DNA of 64,000 bases from Camelus ferus (GCF_009834535.1 NC_045697.1:40178001-40242000), one strand, 5' to 3'. Positions 1-62,493 are shown, numbered from the stretch's first letter. A program made the numbers and translations. Notes: generated from the sequence alone by a model not told the origin.

Positions 1-785
1 GTGATTTGGCGCCTTCCAATTCTCCTATGTTCTGGTCAGAGATGCCACTTTAACCCATAATTGATCTTTGGTGGTTTCATAGAGCTTATGTCAAATGAGA
101 GTGAAAATTGTGTAAAAATTAAGTGAAATGGTTAGACTCACAGGCATCAGATATGATAAAATAACAAAAAAGCATACTGTTTGTTCAACATTTATCGTAA
201 CCATTCATACAAATTCTAGCATAATGACTACATACCCATTCTATGGTTTGGGGTTCTTTTCCAGCTCATCTTTTAGGAAAATGTACCCCAGGAAGGTAGT
301 TGAAATAAAAGGCTCCTTTCTTAAAAGAAAGCTATGTATTAAGCCCACAAGCTCAGCCTGAGTGGAAAGGAGTGCCCCTATTTTCCCTTCTCACACTCGG
401 CAAAAAGAACAATACTGATTTTTATGATTGGAAATAAAACTCAGAAGCCTTTTGACGGTTCTTTGCTAGCTTTAAAAGGCTACTTCATTGTCAGCTGAGG
501 AGACAGTCACCGTAGAAGGGGGCATACCACTCAATATATTTTACAAAGTTTTTTGTTTCCTGTACTCAATATTTACATCTAGATTTCTTATATGAGAAAA
601 AGAAAAAAAATCTTTGATCCATGGGCAAAGTTTTAGCTAAAATAAATTAAAGTGCAGAAGAATTAACGATTGGTCACAAAGACCAGCATCATACGGTGGT
701 CAGGGCATATAAATAGTGTATTTGTTATGGCAATTCGGGACAGCCACCTTCTCACCTACTAAGGACACACACACTAACACATGTC
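1..785 (-). other. PKD2: PKD2 3'UTR (proximal part, probably continues beyond the window)
   Basis: Lies directly after the stop codon; AU-rich; no minus-strand AATAAA noticed in this stretch. Confidence 0.8.
648..655 (-). promoter_or_regulatory. miR-17/20/93/106 family 8mer seed site (GCACTTTA)
   Basis: Plus-strand taaagtgc, about 130 nt after the stop; miR-17 repression of the PKD2 3'UTR is established in other mammals. Confidence 0.85.
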
Positions 786-49107
<48,322 letters not shown>

Positions 49108-49112
49108 CGCGG

Positions 49113-49175
49113 TCACTGGCGACCGGCGCGCCCTCGCCCGGTGCCGCGCTCGGCGCTGCCCGCCGCAGGAGCCAT
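49113..49175 (-). promoter_or_regulatory. Upstream ORF (20 aa, [20 protein letters not shown]) in the PKD2 5' leader
   Basis: aacATGG strong Kozak context; out of frame with the main ORF; TGA ends 5 nt before the PKD2 ATG. Confidence 0.8.
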
Positions 49176-50410
49176 GTTCTTTTCTTCCCGGGGCCCGCCG
49201 CCTCCTGCTCCCCGCCCCCGACCTTCCCCCCAGCCCCGCGTCCCTCGCCCGCCCCCTCGGCCCGCCTCCCGGTGGCCTGGCCTCGCCCAGCGCTGCCGCG
49301 CGCTGCAGGGGTAGGCGCGAGGAAACCGCCCCCGCGGCCCGCGCGCTCGGCGAGCTGCGCCCAGGCCCGCGTTCCAAGTGTGGCCGGAGTCCGGGGGCGG
49401 GCACCCACATTCCATTCGGGTGGAAGGGCTCGGGCGGGGAGGGAGTCGCTGACCTGCCCTCGGGGAATGAGCTTCTGGAGCTGTCACTGCCTCCGCGACC
49501 CTGAAATCACGCTTGGGTCCCCGTTAACCGCCAGCCACTACTGCCACGATTTACCAAAGTGCAGGGATGATGTGAACAGGAGAAATCCAGGCTGAGCTGG
49601 TCCACAGCAGGGGCAAAGAAATCTTCCCTTCATTTGAAAACTACCAACAAAACTACTAACCCTGACTTACCTGGCCTTTGGTGGCCTTCTTGGCCCTGAT
49701 TCTGCTGCTTTTCTAATGGTTTCTTCAGTCTTTGGCTCCCCTCTCCACACATTGTGAAGACCCCAAGGATTCGAACGTGGGGCTCTCAAATCGCTGGGGC
49801 TCCACATGAGCTCAGCTGCTCCTTTCCCAGCACCCCTCATCCGCCGGAGCCAGGACTGACCTGTGAGTAACGGAATCCTACATCACGCCCCAGGTCCGGA
49901 ACTTTATTCCCGCTCTACGGAGCACATACTGCTCATGCTCTGGAATTGTCCAAAACTTCACCCATCTCGAACTAAATTTGTTGTCTTCTCCCTTCTTCTT
50001 CTCCTTTGTTTATTTAAGCCTGCTTCACCTCTTGAATCCTCAGCTGAGATGTAAGACATCCTCACTCCCCAAGCTACACTTCATCATGATAGCCTCATCT
50101 GTCTACTCTTCTGCCATACTTCATTTTCCCCAAATTGTGTTACTTCTGCCCCACAAAGGCCTCTCTGATGGGCCCCCTGTTACTCATTCCCTTTGTCAGT
50201 GGTTTAGGCCAGGGCCCCATGGCTGTTTTATTCTGCACTGGAACGATGGATCTGTCAATTCCACCTTCATTCTCCACCTCAGGGTCCCCACTGTTTCTAA
50301 ATTATATTACAGAACCAAACCTGCACATGTCACATTGACGCTAGACACCTGTGGAGGCTTTTGACAGCTTAAAGGATAAAATTTTATTTCTGTAGTTTGG
50401 TTTCGTAAAT

Positions 50411-50415
<5 letters not shown>

Positions 50416-50453
<38 letters not shown>
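50416..50453. repeat. (TA)n microsatellite followed by poly-T, about 1.3 kb upstream of the ATG
   Basis: Direct reading of the sequence. Confidence 0.95.
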
Positions 50454-50458
<5 letters not shown>

Positions 50459-50477
50459 TTTTTTTTTTTTTTTTTTT

Positions 50478-51095
50478 GCTAGGGCTGTCATGACAAACTA
50501 CCACAGACTGGGTGTCTCAAATGACAGACATTTATTTTCTCACAATTCTAGAGGCTGGAAGTCTAAGATCAAGGTGTTGGTAGGACTGGTTTCTTCTGAG
50601 GTCTCTCTCTTTGGCTTGTAAGTGGCCATCTTCTCCCTGTGTCTTCACTGGTCTTCCCTCTGTGTGTTGTCTGTGTCCCAATTTCATTTTCTTATGAGGA
50701 CACCAGTCAGATTGGACTAGGGCTCACTCTAATGATTTCATGTTAACTTAATTTACCTTTTAAAAGACCCAATCTCTTAATAGAGAACAAACTAGTGGTT
50801 ACCAGTAGGGAGGGGCAATATAGAGGTGGGGGAGTGGGAGGTACAAACTTCTGGGTGTAAGATAGGCCATAAGGATATATTTGCAACATGGGAAATATAG
50901 CCAATATTTTATAATAACTGTAAATGGACTATAACCTTTAAAAAAATTTTTTTTAAAGACACTGTCTCCAAATATAGTCACACTCTGAGGTACTAGCACA
51001 TTCTGGTGCTAGGTGGCAGAAGGGGGCGGGAGGTGGTGGTTGGACTTCACCTCAACGTATGAATTTTTGAGGCAGACACAAGTCAGCCCGTAACA
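50478..51095 (-). mobile_element. MaLR LTR (MLT1-like) interrupted by a short plus-strand L1 3' end (~50779-50946)
   Basis: gctagggctgtcatgacaaactaccacagactggg...tctagaggctggaagtctaagatcaaggtgttgg is typical of MLT1; the insert is flanked by ttttaaa(a)gac..tctc. Confidence 0.75.
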
Positions 51096-51607
51096 GCTCC
51101 TAGTCTACTTTTCTAGCGTGGTTTCCCACCCTGTACGTCCACCTGCAGCACCCTTTGCTGGTCCCCTATGCACTTATAACACGATGTTTGTACTTAGGTG
51201 ATCATGGCCACCTATCACCGGATCCTGCAGTTTGTCTATTCAGGTATCTGTGTCCTTAACTTAACTGAGCTTCTCAAGGGCAGGGCTGGTGGGTCTGGAG
51301 CACAGGCCAGGTTCATGCCATCTTTCAATTCCTTCTGAAGACATTTCCTGTGCACTGAATTAGGAGCTGGGCGTGTAGAGCAGAGGATGACACAGCCCCT
51401 GACCGCAAGAGGAGACAGACAAATAAACCAGAAATAACTGTCTTAGGTTGTGATGTCTGTCCTCTGAGTATCCTCTAAAGATGCCAATGCCCCAGACAGA
51501 ACACTACCAGATTGCACAGTCAAAGGATACCCAACAGATACATGGCCAGAGGAAAGCCAGACCTGAAGAAAGAGTGCAGAATCTCAGCCAAAGTGTCAAC
51601 AGGTCTA

Positions 51608-51780
51608 GTGTGGTATTTTCAAAATGTGACGATCAACATCACACTTGATGTGGCACTTGTTCAAGATACAGATTCCACGTCCCCACTTCAACCTTATTGA
51701 TTCAGAATCTCCAAGATTTCAGGCCTGAAATTCTGAATCTTCTCTGAGGATTCTGGAGCATCCTAAGTTTGAGAAACACC
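51608..51780. mobile_element. MER5-like DNA transposon remnant
   Basis: gtggtattttcaaa...cagattcc...attcagaatctc...aagtttgagaaacac. Confidence 0.55.
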
Positions 51781-51939
51781 AAGATGTTCTAAATGGATGG
51801 GGTTTCATGAAACATTTCCCCCATTTCCCTGCTGCTTCATTATCACCAGTGGTGCCATCATCAAACCCAGGCCAAGAAGAAACTTCAGTGGTCCTTGAGT
51901 CAGACTGACTCTGTCTTGTGCCTGCCCAGTGCTAATTCT

Positions 51940-52130
51940 GAATCTCGAATTCAGTTCCTACTCTACCACTTCCTAGCTGTGTGACCTCCGGCAAGTGGCT
52001 TGACCTCCTGGAAAAGTGGAAAAAATAGTGTCTACCTCATAGGGTTGTTGTGAAGATTAGGTGAATTAGTACATGTAAGGCATGCATAACACTGCCTGGC
52101 ACGTGGTAAATGCCCAAGTGTTAGCATTAT
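51940..52130 (+). mobile_element. MIR SINE (other probable MIRs near 9440-9660, 26710-26890, 30760-30950, 32355-32590, 36960-37150, 47260-47430)
   Basis: ctctaccacttcctagctgtgtgacct..ggcaagt...tacctcatagggttgttgtgaagatta MIR core. Confidence 0.75.
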
Positions 52131-55100
52131 TAGCTCATATTCTTACCGTTGATAAACATTTTCATCTATTATAATTGCATATTTGGAAATCTTTGTCCTA
52201 ACCAGACTATGTGCTTCTTGAGGACGAACTCTCCATGCAGGACAGGGGATCACATAACAAATACTTATTGAGCACCTACTATGTGCCAGGCACAACGCCA
52301 GGAGAGAGTGCAAGCAGACAGGTGAAATGCCTCGCCCTTAAAGAGCTTGCATTCCCCGTAGGTTTGTTGGGGGAATGAATGAATCTAGTCAGGAGCAGTC
52401 ATTTTAAGGCACACAGCTAGACCATTGACGATGGGGTGTGGGGGTCCTAATTCTTCGTGTAGTGCTCTTTTTAACTTTTGCACACCACCACTTCTACTCT
52501 GGGATCTTTGGGCCTTTGGAATAGCTTATGCTGACATGACTCTATTATAGTCACTGCTCAAAATGTTGTTTTCCCTTTTGAAATATTTGTTCCCCAAGGA
52601 TGTTTTGATTTTTCCAGAGTTCAAGGTTTAGAAGAAGACAGTAGATGTTTGCTTATTCATTTCTTGTTTGTTCTTACTATTTTCTGCTAGTAGGCCTAGA
52701 ATCCAGAGACCTAAAGAGGAGAACAGTGAATGGAAAAACAATATTAAGAAATAATAACATAAACTAATTCCATTGTTATCTAAGTGTTGGGTTGAATTTC
52801 TGTGCATTTGCTGTGCATTGTAAGTAATGTTATTATTTTGGTCGGAATATACAAAACAAAATACTGTTTGGACAGATCCTTCAGGGAGTTATAATCTTCT
52901 TGGAGAAATACATACCTTGAGTCTAAATAACCATAGGTGGGAGAATATAATTTAGTATCAAGTCAGTAGTGAAATCTTTCAACATGGGATGGGTTGAGAG
53001 GAGTGACTATCCAGGCTGGCATGGAAGGGGAAGGTAGACAACCCAGATCATGGAAAGCCTCAGATGCACGGAATAGACTGCATTCTGTAATTAGTAATTA
53101 CAATATGTACCTCTTTTTTTTGTTTACAGTGTCAATTATTTAAAACAAAATCTGAAATATTCTTTCTAACTTGTCCCCTCAAAGAATACAGGTTGACAGA
53201 AAATGTGTCCACACATACATAAGTCAGAATTAGATGTGTGCTTACCTGAAAGTTTAGTCACAAATCATTGAAAGAAATGTGATTTTTCAAAAGGCACATC
53301 AATATTAGTGTAATGTAACTTGGATAGCATTTGATCCATAGTATCTTTAAATCTTACATTCCAGGCATTTCACTACTAATTTCAGACTTAGTCTTCATAA
53401 ACCTCTACCAGCCATCCAATGTTTCCTGCTGAAATACTTATTCATTCTTTCTGGCTTATCAGTGTTCTCTTTGCTGCTTTCAGCCTGACATGGTTTTCCC
53501 CTCTAGAGCTCCTGGCTTTTGCTCAAGGAAACCCTGAGGCTGTAAATTTCACTCCCTACCCACAAAATTCCTTCCTTCAGTACCCATCTTAAAACCCTAT
53601 TTCTCATAAGACATTCTCTTATCAAATAAGTGAGATACACAAACTCATATTTTCCTTCATCTGGTTGCTACATCCTATTGCCATATGACAGATTTCAGGA
53701 ATCTATAGGGCCTGAAATACGGTGTGGGGTAGATAGCATAGCCCGGACACTATCTGGTTTTATGTCATCTGTGTACGGTAGGTTCTTCTGGGGACATGCT
53801 GTAAAACCTTACCTCTGAGTGACAGTGCCATTTAAAAGGCCACTTTAAAAACAGTCTAGTCTAATTTAATCCTTCACAGTCGCCACACCTCTGACTTCTG
53901 TATTATTAGAATTGCCTGTTTGTTTCCCGTCTTGCTTTTATTTTCCAGTGTGAGCCGATGAAACAGACACAAGCTGAAGTACTCGTTGTTCCCACAGATT
54001 CCACCTTCAAAAGGAAATCCAAAAGGAGTCTCTGGCATGTGTGGTGTTGCTTAGCAACCCACCCAAACAAACATATTTCCCTCTCAGTTTTTTTTCTCAG
54101 TCCTTATTTATTCAAGAACATTGTAAAGTAAATTTTATCATTTGACATCTGAAACCGTTAGAAGAAAATTTGGTGTTTAGGGCTTTATAAGAACAACTAA
54201 CCATACTAAAACGTTTACTTTATTTCTCACTTTGCTGCTCTGATGACGCAAGGCTAGGATTTGTGGTATTCTTCTTCATGTCTGGAGTTTGGTTTGGATA
54301 TGTCCCTGCCTCTGTGGGAGTTATCTTGGCACTACTGTTAGTTGGCACTGTGATTTTGATGACCTAATCTCTCTCTCTCTCTCTCTCAGTTTCCTTCTCT
54401 GAATAATGAGGTTAAATACCAGCCTTACAAATTCCAGCAGAACTTTTTTGAAGCCATAATGAGAGACTATTAATAAATTCATTGACCATTTATGGAGTAT
54501 CCACTAGATGCCAGGCGCCATGTTGAATTCTGGGGAGGCAAAGGTAAGACATGGTTCCTAGCTTTAAGGGGATCAAGTCTTATGAGTCAAGGATGCCACT
54601 TATACCTAAAACTAATAAAATGTTTTAAATCAACTATACCTCAAAAAGAAACCCCACAAACAAAACAAACAAAGAAGGATGCCTGGGAACATCTTTATGT
54701 CACCCCCAAGCCCTCTGCTACACTTTGTAAAGACTTATGAATCTTTCTAGACTCAGGCATTCTCTCCTGCTGGAAACTTCCTTAGCCAAAATCCCAGCTC
54801 CCTTCCTTGAATTTACTTGTCCCTCTACCCTGCAAACCTTTATTGCAACATTTACCCCCTTATATTGAAACTATCTGTTAACATAGTATAATCTTCTTGA
54901 GTAGGACTGTAAGCTCCTGGAGAGCAGAGACCCCATCTCATTTCGTTTGTAGTTTAGCAGCCCAGTCGCCATTTCCCTTTCTTATTGTAATAGAAATCAA
55001 ATTTTCTTGAGGAACCACCCTCTCCTGTGCCGAGTCCATGAGTGCCTGAGATGTGGCCGACACCACCTCTGAACCCCCATGTGGAAGGCGTGGATCTCAG

Positions 55101-57389
55101 GCTTTGGCTGACTGGAGTATCATGTTCCCTTGGCATTTGTGAATGGTATTTAAGAACAGGAATGGAAGCTGGTTCTGTCCATTGGAAATCAGGACAGATT
55201 TTTTTTTTTTCCAGTTGTTGGAAAAGAAAAGCTTTTCTTCCTACTAGATTTGGAGTTGTAAGGATGTAAGTCTAGACGAACTGGCAGCCAAAATGTTTAT
55301 GCTAGGGGAAAAATGGAGCCAACAATATATATACATAAAATATGCATAATGTAAAGACTGGAAGAATACTGTAATTGAACTAGTGGTAATGTTTGGGTGG
55401 CCATGCTATTCAAGAACTTTGTGAGATATATTTTTATAATTTGCCATATTCTGGTTTTGTCAGATGCAGTTATATGTCTTTACCCACATTCGAAAGAATT
55501 TTGAATAATATAGGGCCAAGAATAGAATTCTTTGGGATATTGTGTGAAGCTTTTCTCTTCACCAACTCAAAGTTATTCACTATTACCATTGGGTGTAGTT
55601 ATGCAAACACTTTGAATAAAATTCTACTTCACTAGCTCAGACTTCCAAAAGGTTATCAGAAGTTTTTCCAAAGCCTTTTGATACCAACACGGACGATGCT
55701 TACAGTTTTCCCTGCTCTATCAGACTTTACAGAATACCTGCTTTATATCTTTCCAGTACATATTGAATATGATTAAGTTGCAGAAGTAGTCCTTACCTGC
55801 AAGATGCTTGTAAATTAGCTTGCAAAGACAAACTATACACAGATAAAACAATTACTCAGTGAGTGCTGTGTGGCACACATCTGGGAAGGTTTTATTACTG
55901 TTGTTGTTTTTGTTGTTGTTTAAGAATCTAGAGTCTAACTCCTAGGGATTCAGATTCATTGTGTGTTAGGTGGGTCCTAAGAGTTGGAGAATGACCAAGT
56001 TCTGATGACATCATTTGAGCCCTGGAAATCAACACTAACTGAAGTTAGATCTACCCCTAGACTTCAATAACCAAGAATTTCTCTTTTGATTAATCTATTT
56101 TAGGTTAGGGTTTCTGTTCCTCGCAATTGAAATAGTACTAACCAATAGATTTGAATAGAAGTGGATCATACAGTCTGGTAAGAGCTGTGTTAATGATATG
56201 CATAAAATGCTATGTGAACACATGACTGGGCCCCCTTGTCTGAGCTAAGTGGGCTAAAAATGGCGTAGAGGCTGGCTTGGCTTCCCACTTGGCAAGGGTT
56301 AGGTGATTAGAGATTTGAGGGGATGCTGAACCCTACTTTTCTTTCTTAAATCATTAAATCACAACTTTGAAATCTTTGCTATAAATAATATTCTAAAAGT
56401 TCTTTTAAAAATGTCTCTTCATCCTCACAGTATTTCTTTCACAGCAGAAGTTCATAATTTTGATAAAGTCCAATTTATGAATTTTTTCTACGGATTGTGC
56501 ATTTGGTATCATATTTAAGAAATCTTTGTTTTACTCAAGGCCATGAACATTTTCTCCTATATTTTCTTCTAGAAGTTTTATAATATCTGGTTTTACACTT
56601 CAGTGTATAATCCATTTTGAGATAATTTCTGTATGTGGTGTGAGGTGTGGATAGAGGGGTTTTATTTCTTTTTTGCCCATGGATATCCAGTTGTTCCAGC
56701 ACTGTTAGTTGGAAAGACTATCCTTTCTGTATTGCATCATCTTTGCACCATTGTTGAAAATCAATTGACCGTACATGTGTGAGTTTCTTTTAATATATTT
56801 TTACTGAAGTACAATCAGTTTACAATATTGTGTCAACTTCTGGTGTATGTGAGTTTATTTCTAGATGATCTGTTCTGTTCCTTTGGATTATGTGCTTAAC
56901 TAATCCCTTCCTGCTTTGGTTACAGTAGCTTCCCCAAACTTTTCCTCATGTAAGATATTTTAAATTTGTAAATATATTGGTTTAATTTTATTTTGTGACT
57001 CTTTCTGGTCCCATTCCCTGCTTTGGTCTGACCCATAAAGGGCTACTCATCAGCTTGTCATAGAGCATCTGTGAGCTATGGTGGGTTTCTGTCTGAATGA
57101 TACTTCAAAAGTATTTACAAATGTAAATTTTAATATCAATTGCCAATTTTTAAAATGAAGCAAGCAATTATTTTGTTAAGTCATCAATTTTTTTTCAGTA
57201 GCCTTTGACTCTTCTTCTGAAAGATAAAGATTAGTCAATGTATACTCTCCACCAATAAACACTTTTTAAATTAATAATAACTTTTATGTAGCCAAAGTCT
57301 ACAAGCTTTCATTTTTTCCCATGATAATAAATATAACATTGACTTTATATATTTAGATGTATTCAGTACTCATTACCAGTAGCTTTTTA

Positions 57390-57529
57390 TTTATTTTTTA
57401 TTTATTCTTTAATTTTGTTGGTGGCAGGTAATTAGGTTTATTTGTTTATTTTAATGGAAGTACTGGGGATTGAACCCAGGACCTTGTGCATGCTAGGCAT
57501 GCACTCTACCGTTGAGGTACACCCTCCCC
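57390..57529 (-). mobile_element. tRNA-derived SINE (camelid-type)
   Basis: Same family; TSD taccag(t/c)agcttttta at 57374-57389 and 57530-57545. Confidence 0.85.
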
Positions 57530-60500
57530 TACCAGCAGCTTTTTAAATATGAATTTCCTTTCCCTGAGTTTTTTCTCTTGCTTTAATCCTTTCAGAATAG
57601 ATTTTTTTTATTAAGCAGTGTTTTGATGTTTTTTTCCTTGTTGTTTTTAAAAAGAAGAACTCATTAATGCTTCATTGTTCCCAGAATCTGTACAAAATTG
57701 AGAATGCCTTTCTGTTGCCATAAACATAAAACAAATGGGCTGGGCACAATATTTTTGGCTCAATCTTTTTTTTTTTTTTTCTTGTTTTTAGGATTCTGGA
57801 AACATTCCTCCACCTTCCTCTGTCATTAAATGTTGCTATGGAGAAGTAGGAGGTTCGATTAAACCCACATTTTTTCTCTCAACCCTAGCAGATGACTTGA
57901 TTTTTCTGTCCAAAAGTTACCTGCTTAGTGAGTTGTTTTTTTTTTTAATCATCCTGCTCCAGGGAAACATCTTTGGGTTGATCATTCTGCATAATTGTGT
58001 GTTTTTTTGTTTTTTGGGGGAAATATTTACAGATTTAATCAGCAAATTAAATTTTTTATTTATTTTAGAAATTTTTCTACTTTCATATTTTTGAGATATT
58101 CCCTTTCATTTGTTTTGTTCTCTCAATCCAGGAAGACCAATTATGCATAGATTGGAGCTATTGCTTAATTTCTATATTATTGTCTTTCTAATGATTTGTC
58201 TTTTTGTCATTTTCTAGTTTTGTTTTTAATAGGATTTTTACAAATTCCAGCCCCCATGTTACTGTACCTCTCATGTTTTTGTAGTTTCAAATGTGGTTTT
58301 TATTTCTCTAATTATTTATTTTAAATCCTTAATTCCTCCCTTGAATTATGCCAGCTCACCTTTCACTTCTGCATAGTCATATATGTTATTGGCTTTTTTT
58401 CATTTTTTTTTTAAGTTAAAGTTGTTTTGAAAGGATTTCTGCTCCTGTCCCTGATGGAGCAACAGAAACATATTTACCCACTCACTTGAAAGAAATAAGA
58501 AAACCAATCAAAATTTATAAACAATGATTTCAAGCATTGAACCACAGGCAGTGAGGAATAGCAGTCCTTGGAAGAAGGCAAACAATTGATGTGAGTCCTA
58601 TGGTTTCCCCAGGAACTTCCTAGGGAGCGATTCCAGGCTGCAGTGCCGACTGCCTCAGGTCAGAAAGAGTAAGCTGAGAATCTGGGGAAGCCACAGTGGA
58701 TAGAATTCACAGACAGAGTACCAGAGAGGAGAGAGCTGCCCAGAGAAAGAGCTCCAGAGAGCTCCAGGGTGTTGCTCTTGAGTCTTCAAAGCATTTGAAG
58801 AATCTGCCTGAGGCAGGAGGAAGAATTACCAGGAAGGAGCAGGTGGAAAGATTCTTGATGTTTTCACAGTGTGGGGAATTTTTAAAGTTCTTAAACATCC
58901 AAAGTAAAGAAACCTTGTAATACATGAGGTGTTGAGTAGAATACCCAGAAAGGTAGTGCCTCAGTAGTGGGGCTGAATTAGACTAGAATAAAAAAGCTGA
59001 TCTGTTCTGTGTAACTCCTAGTCAAAATAGCCTGTTGAGTATGTTACCTATTTCATAAGTGAATCTAAGTGATTCTAAGTGATTTGTTAAAAATTTTCAC
59101 AACCCTTATGCTCTTTCCTATGTATTTAAAGTCTTTATGTTTTAGATCAGTTTTAGGTTCACGACAAAGTTGAGGAGAAAATAAAAAGAGTTCCCATAGA
59201 ACCTATGCCCCCATATACGCATAGCTTCTCTTATTACCATCATTGCGATCAGAGTGGTTCATTTATTACAGTTGCTGAACCTGCACTGACGTGCTACAAA
59301 AACATTAAAATCTGTAGTTTTCTATGGGTTTGGACAAATGTATAATGACGTATATCCATTATTATAGTGCATACGGAATAGTTTCTCTGCCCTAAAAATT
59401 CTCTGAGCTCTGTCTATTCATCCCTCCCTCTCCCCATCCCCTAGCAACCACTAATCTTTCTACTGTCTCCATAGTTTTGGCTTTTCCAGAATGTCATCTA
59501 GTTGGAATCAAACAGTATGTAGCCTTTTCAGATTGGCTTATTTCACTTTAAGTATACATTTAAGTTTTCCCCATGTCTTTTCATGGCTTGATAGCTTATT
59601 CCTTTTCAGTGCTGAATAAAATTCTGTTGTCTGGATATACTACAGTTTATCCATTCACCTTCTGAAGGACATCCTGGTTGCTTCCAAATTTTGGCAATCA
59701 TGTGTAATGTTGCTATAAACATCCATATGCAAGTTTTTGTGTGGATATGTTTTCAGCTTCTTTGTGTAACTATCAAGGAGTGTGATTACTGTATTCTGTG
59801 ATAAGAGTACGTTTAGTTTTGTAAGAAACTACTAAACGGTCTTCCAGATGGCTGTATCATTTTGCATTCCCACTGGCAGTGATCCTTGCCAGCATGTGAT
59901 GCTGTCCGTGCTCCAGATTTTGGCTGTTCTGATAGGTGTGTAGTGATATCTCATTGTTTTAATTTGCATTTCCCTCATGACATATGATGTGGAGTGTTTT
60001 TGTATGCTTATTTGGTAAGGTGTCTGTTAAGGTCTTTGATCCATTTTTAAACTGTGTTTATTTTCTTACTGTTGAATTTTAAGAGTTCTTTGTATATTTT
60101 GGATAACAGTCCTTTAGCAAATGTGTCTTTTTAAAATATTTTCTCCCAGTTTTTTGCTTATCCTCTCATTCTTTTGACATTGTCATCTGCAGAGCAGAAC
60201 TTTTTTAAAAATTGAAGTATAGTTGCTTTATAATTTTGTGTGCAGACAGAACTTTTAAACTTTATTGAAGTCCAGCTTAAAAGTCTTCCTTTCATGGACC
60301 ATGCCTTTGGTATTTTATCTAAAAAGTCATCCAAGGTCATCTAGATTTTCCTATGATTATGTTTTCATCAATTATTTACTGTGGTTGTAATAGTTTTTGC
60401 TATGTAACATTTGTTGTCCTGTTATTTGGTGTGTAATGGTTCATAATAGTTATATCTTTATTGGATCTTTAACAATACAGAATAAACCCATAGTTGCATT

Positions 60501-60990
60501 GCATGCTACGTGCTTTTTTTTCTTTTTTTCATTTTCCCATCTTTTTCATTGCAGGTTAATACAAGATACTGAATATAGTTCCTTGTGCTATACAGTAGAA
60601 ACTTGTTTATCTTTTTAGTCGTTAGTATCTGCAAATCTCAATCTCATAGTTTATCCCTTCCCATTCCCTTCCCCACCTGGTAACCATAAGTTTGTTTTCT
60701 ATGTCTGTGAGTCTGTTTCTGTTTTGCAAATAAGTTCATTTGTCCTTTTTAAGATTCCACATATAAGTGATATCATATGGTGTTTTTCTTTCTCTTTCTG
60801 GCTTACTTCACTTAGAATGACAATATCCAGATCTATCCCTGTTGCTGCAAATGGCATAATTTTATTATTTTTTATGGCTGAGTAGTGTTTGCACTTGCTT
60901 TTTAATTTTTTGACAATAATGTTGCAGCTCTATAAAAACTTTACTCTGTTTATAAGGGAAACACAAAAAAAGACACAAAAATGATATAGG

Positions 60991-60992
<2 letters not shown>

Positions 60993-61046
<54 letters not shown>
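60993..61046. repeat. (ATT)n microsatellite
   Basis: About 17 tandem ATT units. Confidence 0.95.
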
Positions 61047-61050
<4 letters not shown>

Positions 61051-62493
61051 TATATGAATCTGTCTTTGAACAGAGGGGCTTCATCTATTTACATTTGTTT
61101 TTTTCCCAGCTTTATTGTGGTATGGTTTACAAATAAAAATTGTATATAATTAAGTTGTATGATGTGATTTTTTTAAAAGTTGTACAATTTGGTGATTTAA
61201 TATACATATATAATAAAATGACTACATAATCTAGTTAATTAGCATATCCATCACCTCACATAGTTACCTTTTATGTGTGTGTGTCATGGTGAGAACACTT
61301 AAGGTCTACTCTCTTAGCAAACTTCAAGTAAATACAGTATTATTAACCATAATCCCAATGCTGTACATTAGATTTCCAGAACTTACTCACCTTATTACTG
61401 AAAGTTTGTACCCTTGACCAACATCTCCCCATTTCAGCCACACCCCAGCCCTGGCAATGACTGTTCTACTCTCTAGTTCTGTGAGTTTGAAGTTTTTAGA
61501 TTCCACATACAGGTGAGATCATGCAGTATTTGTCTTTCTGTGCCTGGCTTATTTCACTTAGCATAATGTCCTCTCCATTCACCCATGTTGTTGCAAACAG
61601 TAGGATTGCTTTTTTTTTTAATGGCTGAATAATATTCTATTGCATATATATGCCTCACTTTATTTATCTATTCATCTGTTGATGGACCTACGTTATCTCC
61701 ATATCCTGGCTGTTGTGAATAATGCTGCAATGAACATGGGAGTGCAGATGTCTCTTCGAGACACTGACCTCATTTCCTTTGGATACTTTTACAGCAGTTT
61801 TGTTTTTAATTTTTTAGGAACCTCCATACTTTATGTTTTTCATAAAGGCTGTGCCAATTCACCAACACTGTGCAATACACTGTATGAGGCATTTTGAGTT
61901 AATTTTTGTGTATGGGTTAAGGTTCTGATCTCATTCTTTTGCATGTGATCATCCAGTTTTCCCAGCATCATTTTTTAAAGAGATTATCCTTTCTGCACTG
62001 AGTATTCTTGGTGCCCTTGTCACAGATTAGTTGACCATATACGCGTGGATTTATTTCTTGGCTCCTAATTCTGTTCCATTGGTCTTCGTGTCTGTTTTTA
62101 CGCCAGTACTATAATGTGGTTTGAAATCAGGAAGTGATCCCTCCAGCTTTGTTTTTCTTTCTCAAGATGGCTTTGAGAGGCTTTCTCAGAGGCATTCCTA
62201 AATATTTCATTGTACATCTCTTAAGAATAAGGACTGATCCACTTCCATAAACTTAATGCAATGATCACACCTAAGAAAATCACACCTATTAGTGATTCCA
62301 TAATATCATCTAATGTACTGTGTATATTCAAATTACCGTAATTGTCCCTCAAATGTGTTTTATAGTTTTCTTTTTTAATCCAGGAGTCAATCAAAGTTTC
62401 TTTTCTGCACTTGGTTGTGCCTATTTAAGCTTTTAATCTAGCACCCTCCTCAACTCCTCCCTTCTATTTCTGTCATCACATTGACTTTTTCTG

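Larger units (their letters stand above)
56420..62180 (-). mobile_element. Cluster of fragmented LINE-1 elements, mostly minus strand (~56420-56930, 59130-60350, 60530-60880, 61100-62180)
   Basis: Antisense L1 motifs (tttagattccacata..agtga.atcat, ctggcttatttcacttagcataatg, ccagttttcccagca.cattt); T-rich. Confidence 0.8.

Noticed and set aside
49108..49410. In-frame upstream ATG at 49410 giving a 101-aa N-terminal extension of PKD2
   Set aside because: It probably lies upstream of the TSS, has weak +4 context and encodes low-complexity GC-driven sequence. Known polycystin-2 starts at MVNSS.
49600..49618. CTCF-like ccacagcaggggca near the promoter
   Set aside because: Spacing deviates from the core consensus, so it is too weak to call.
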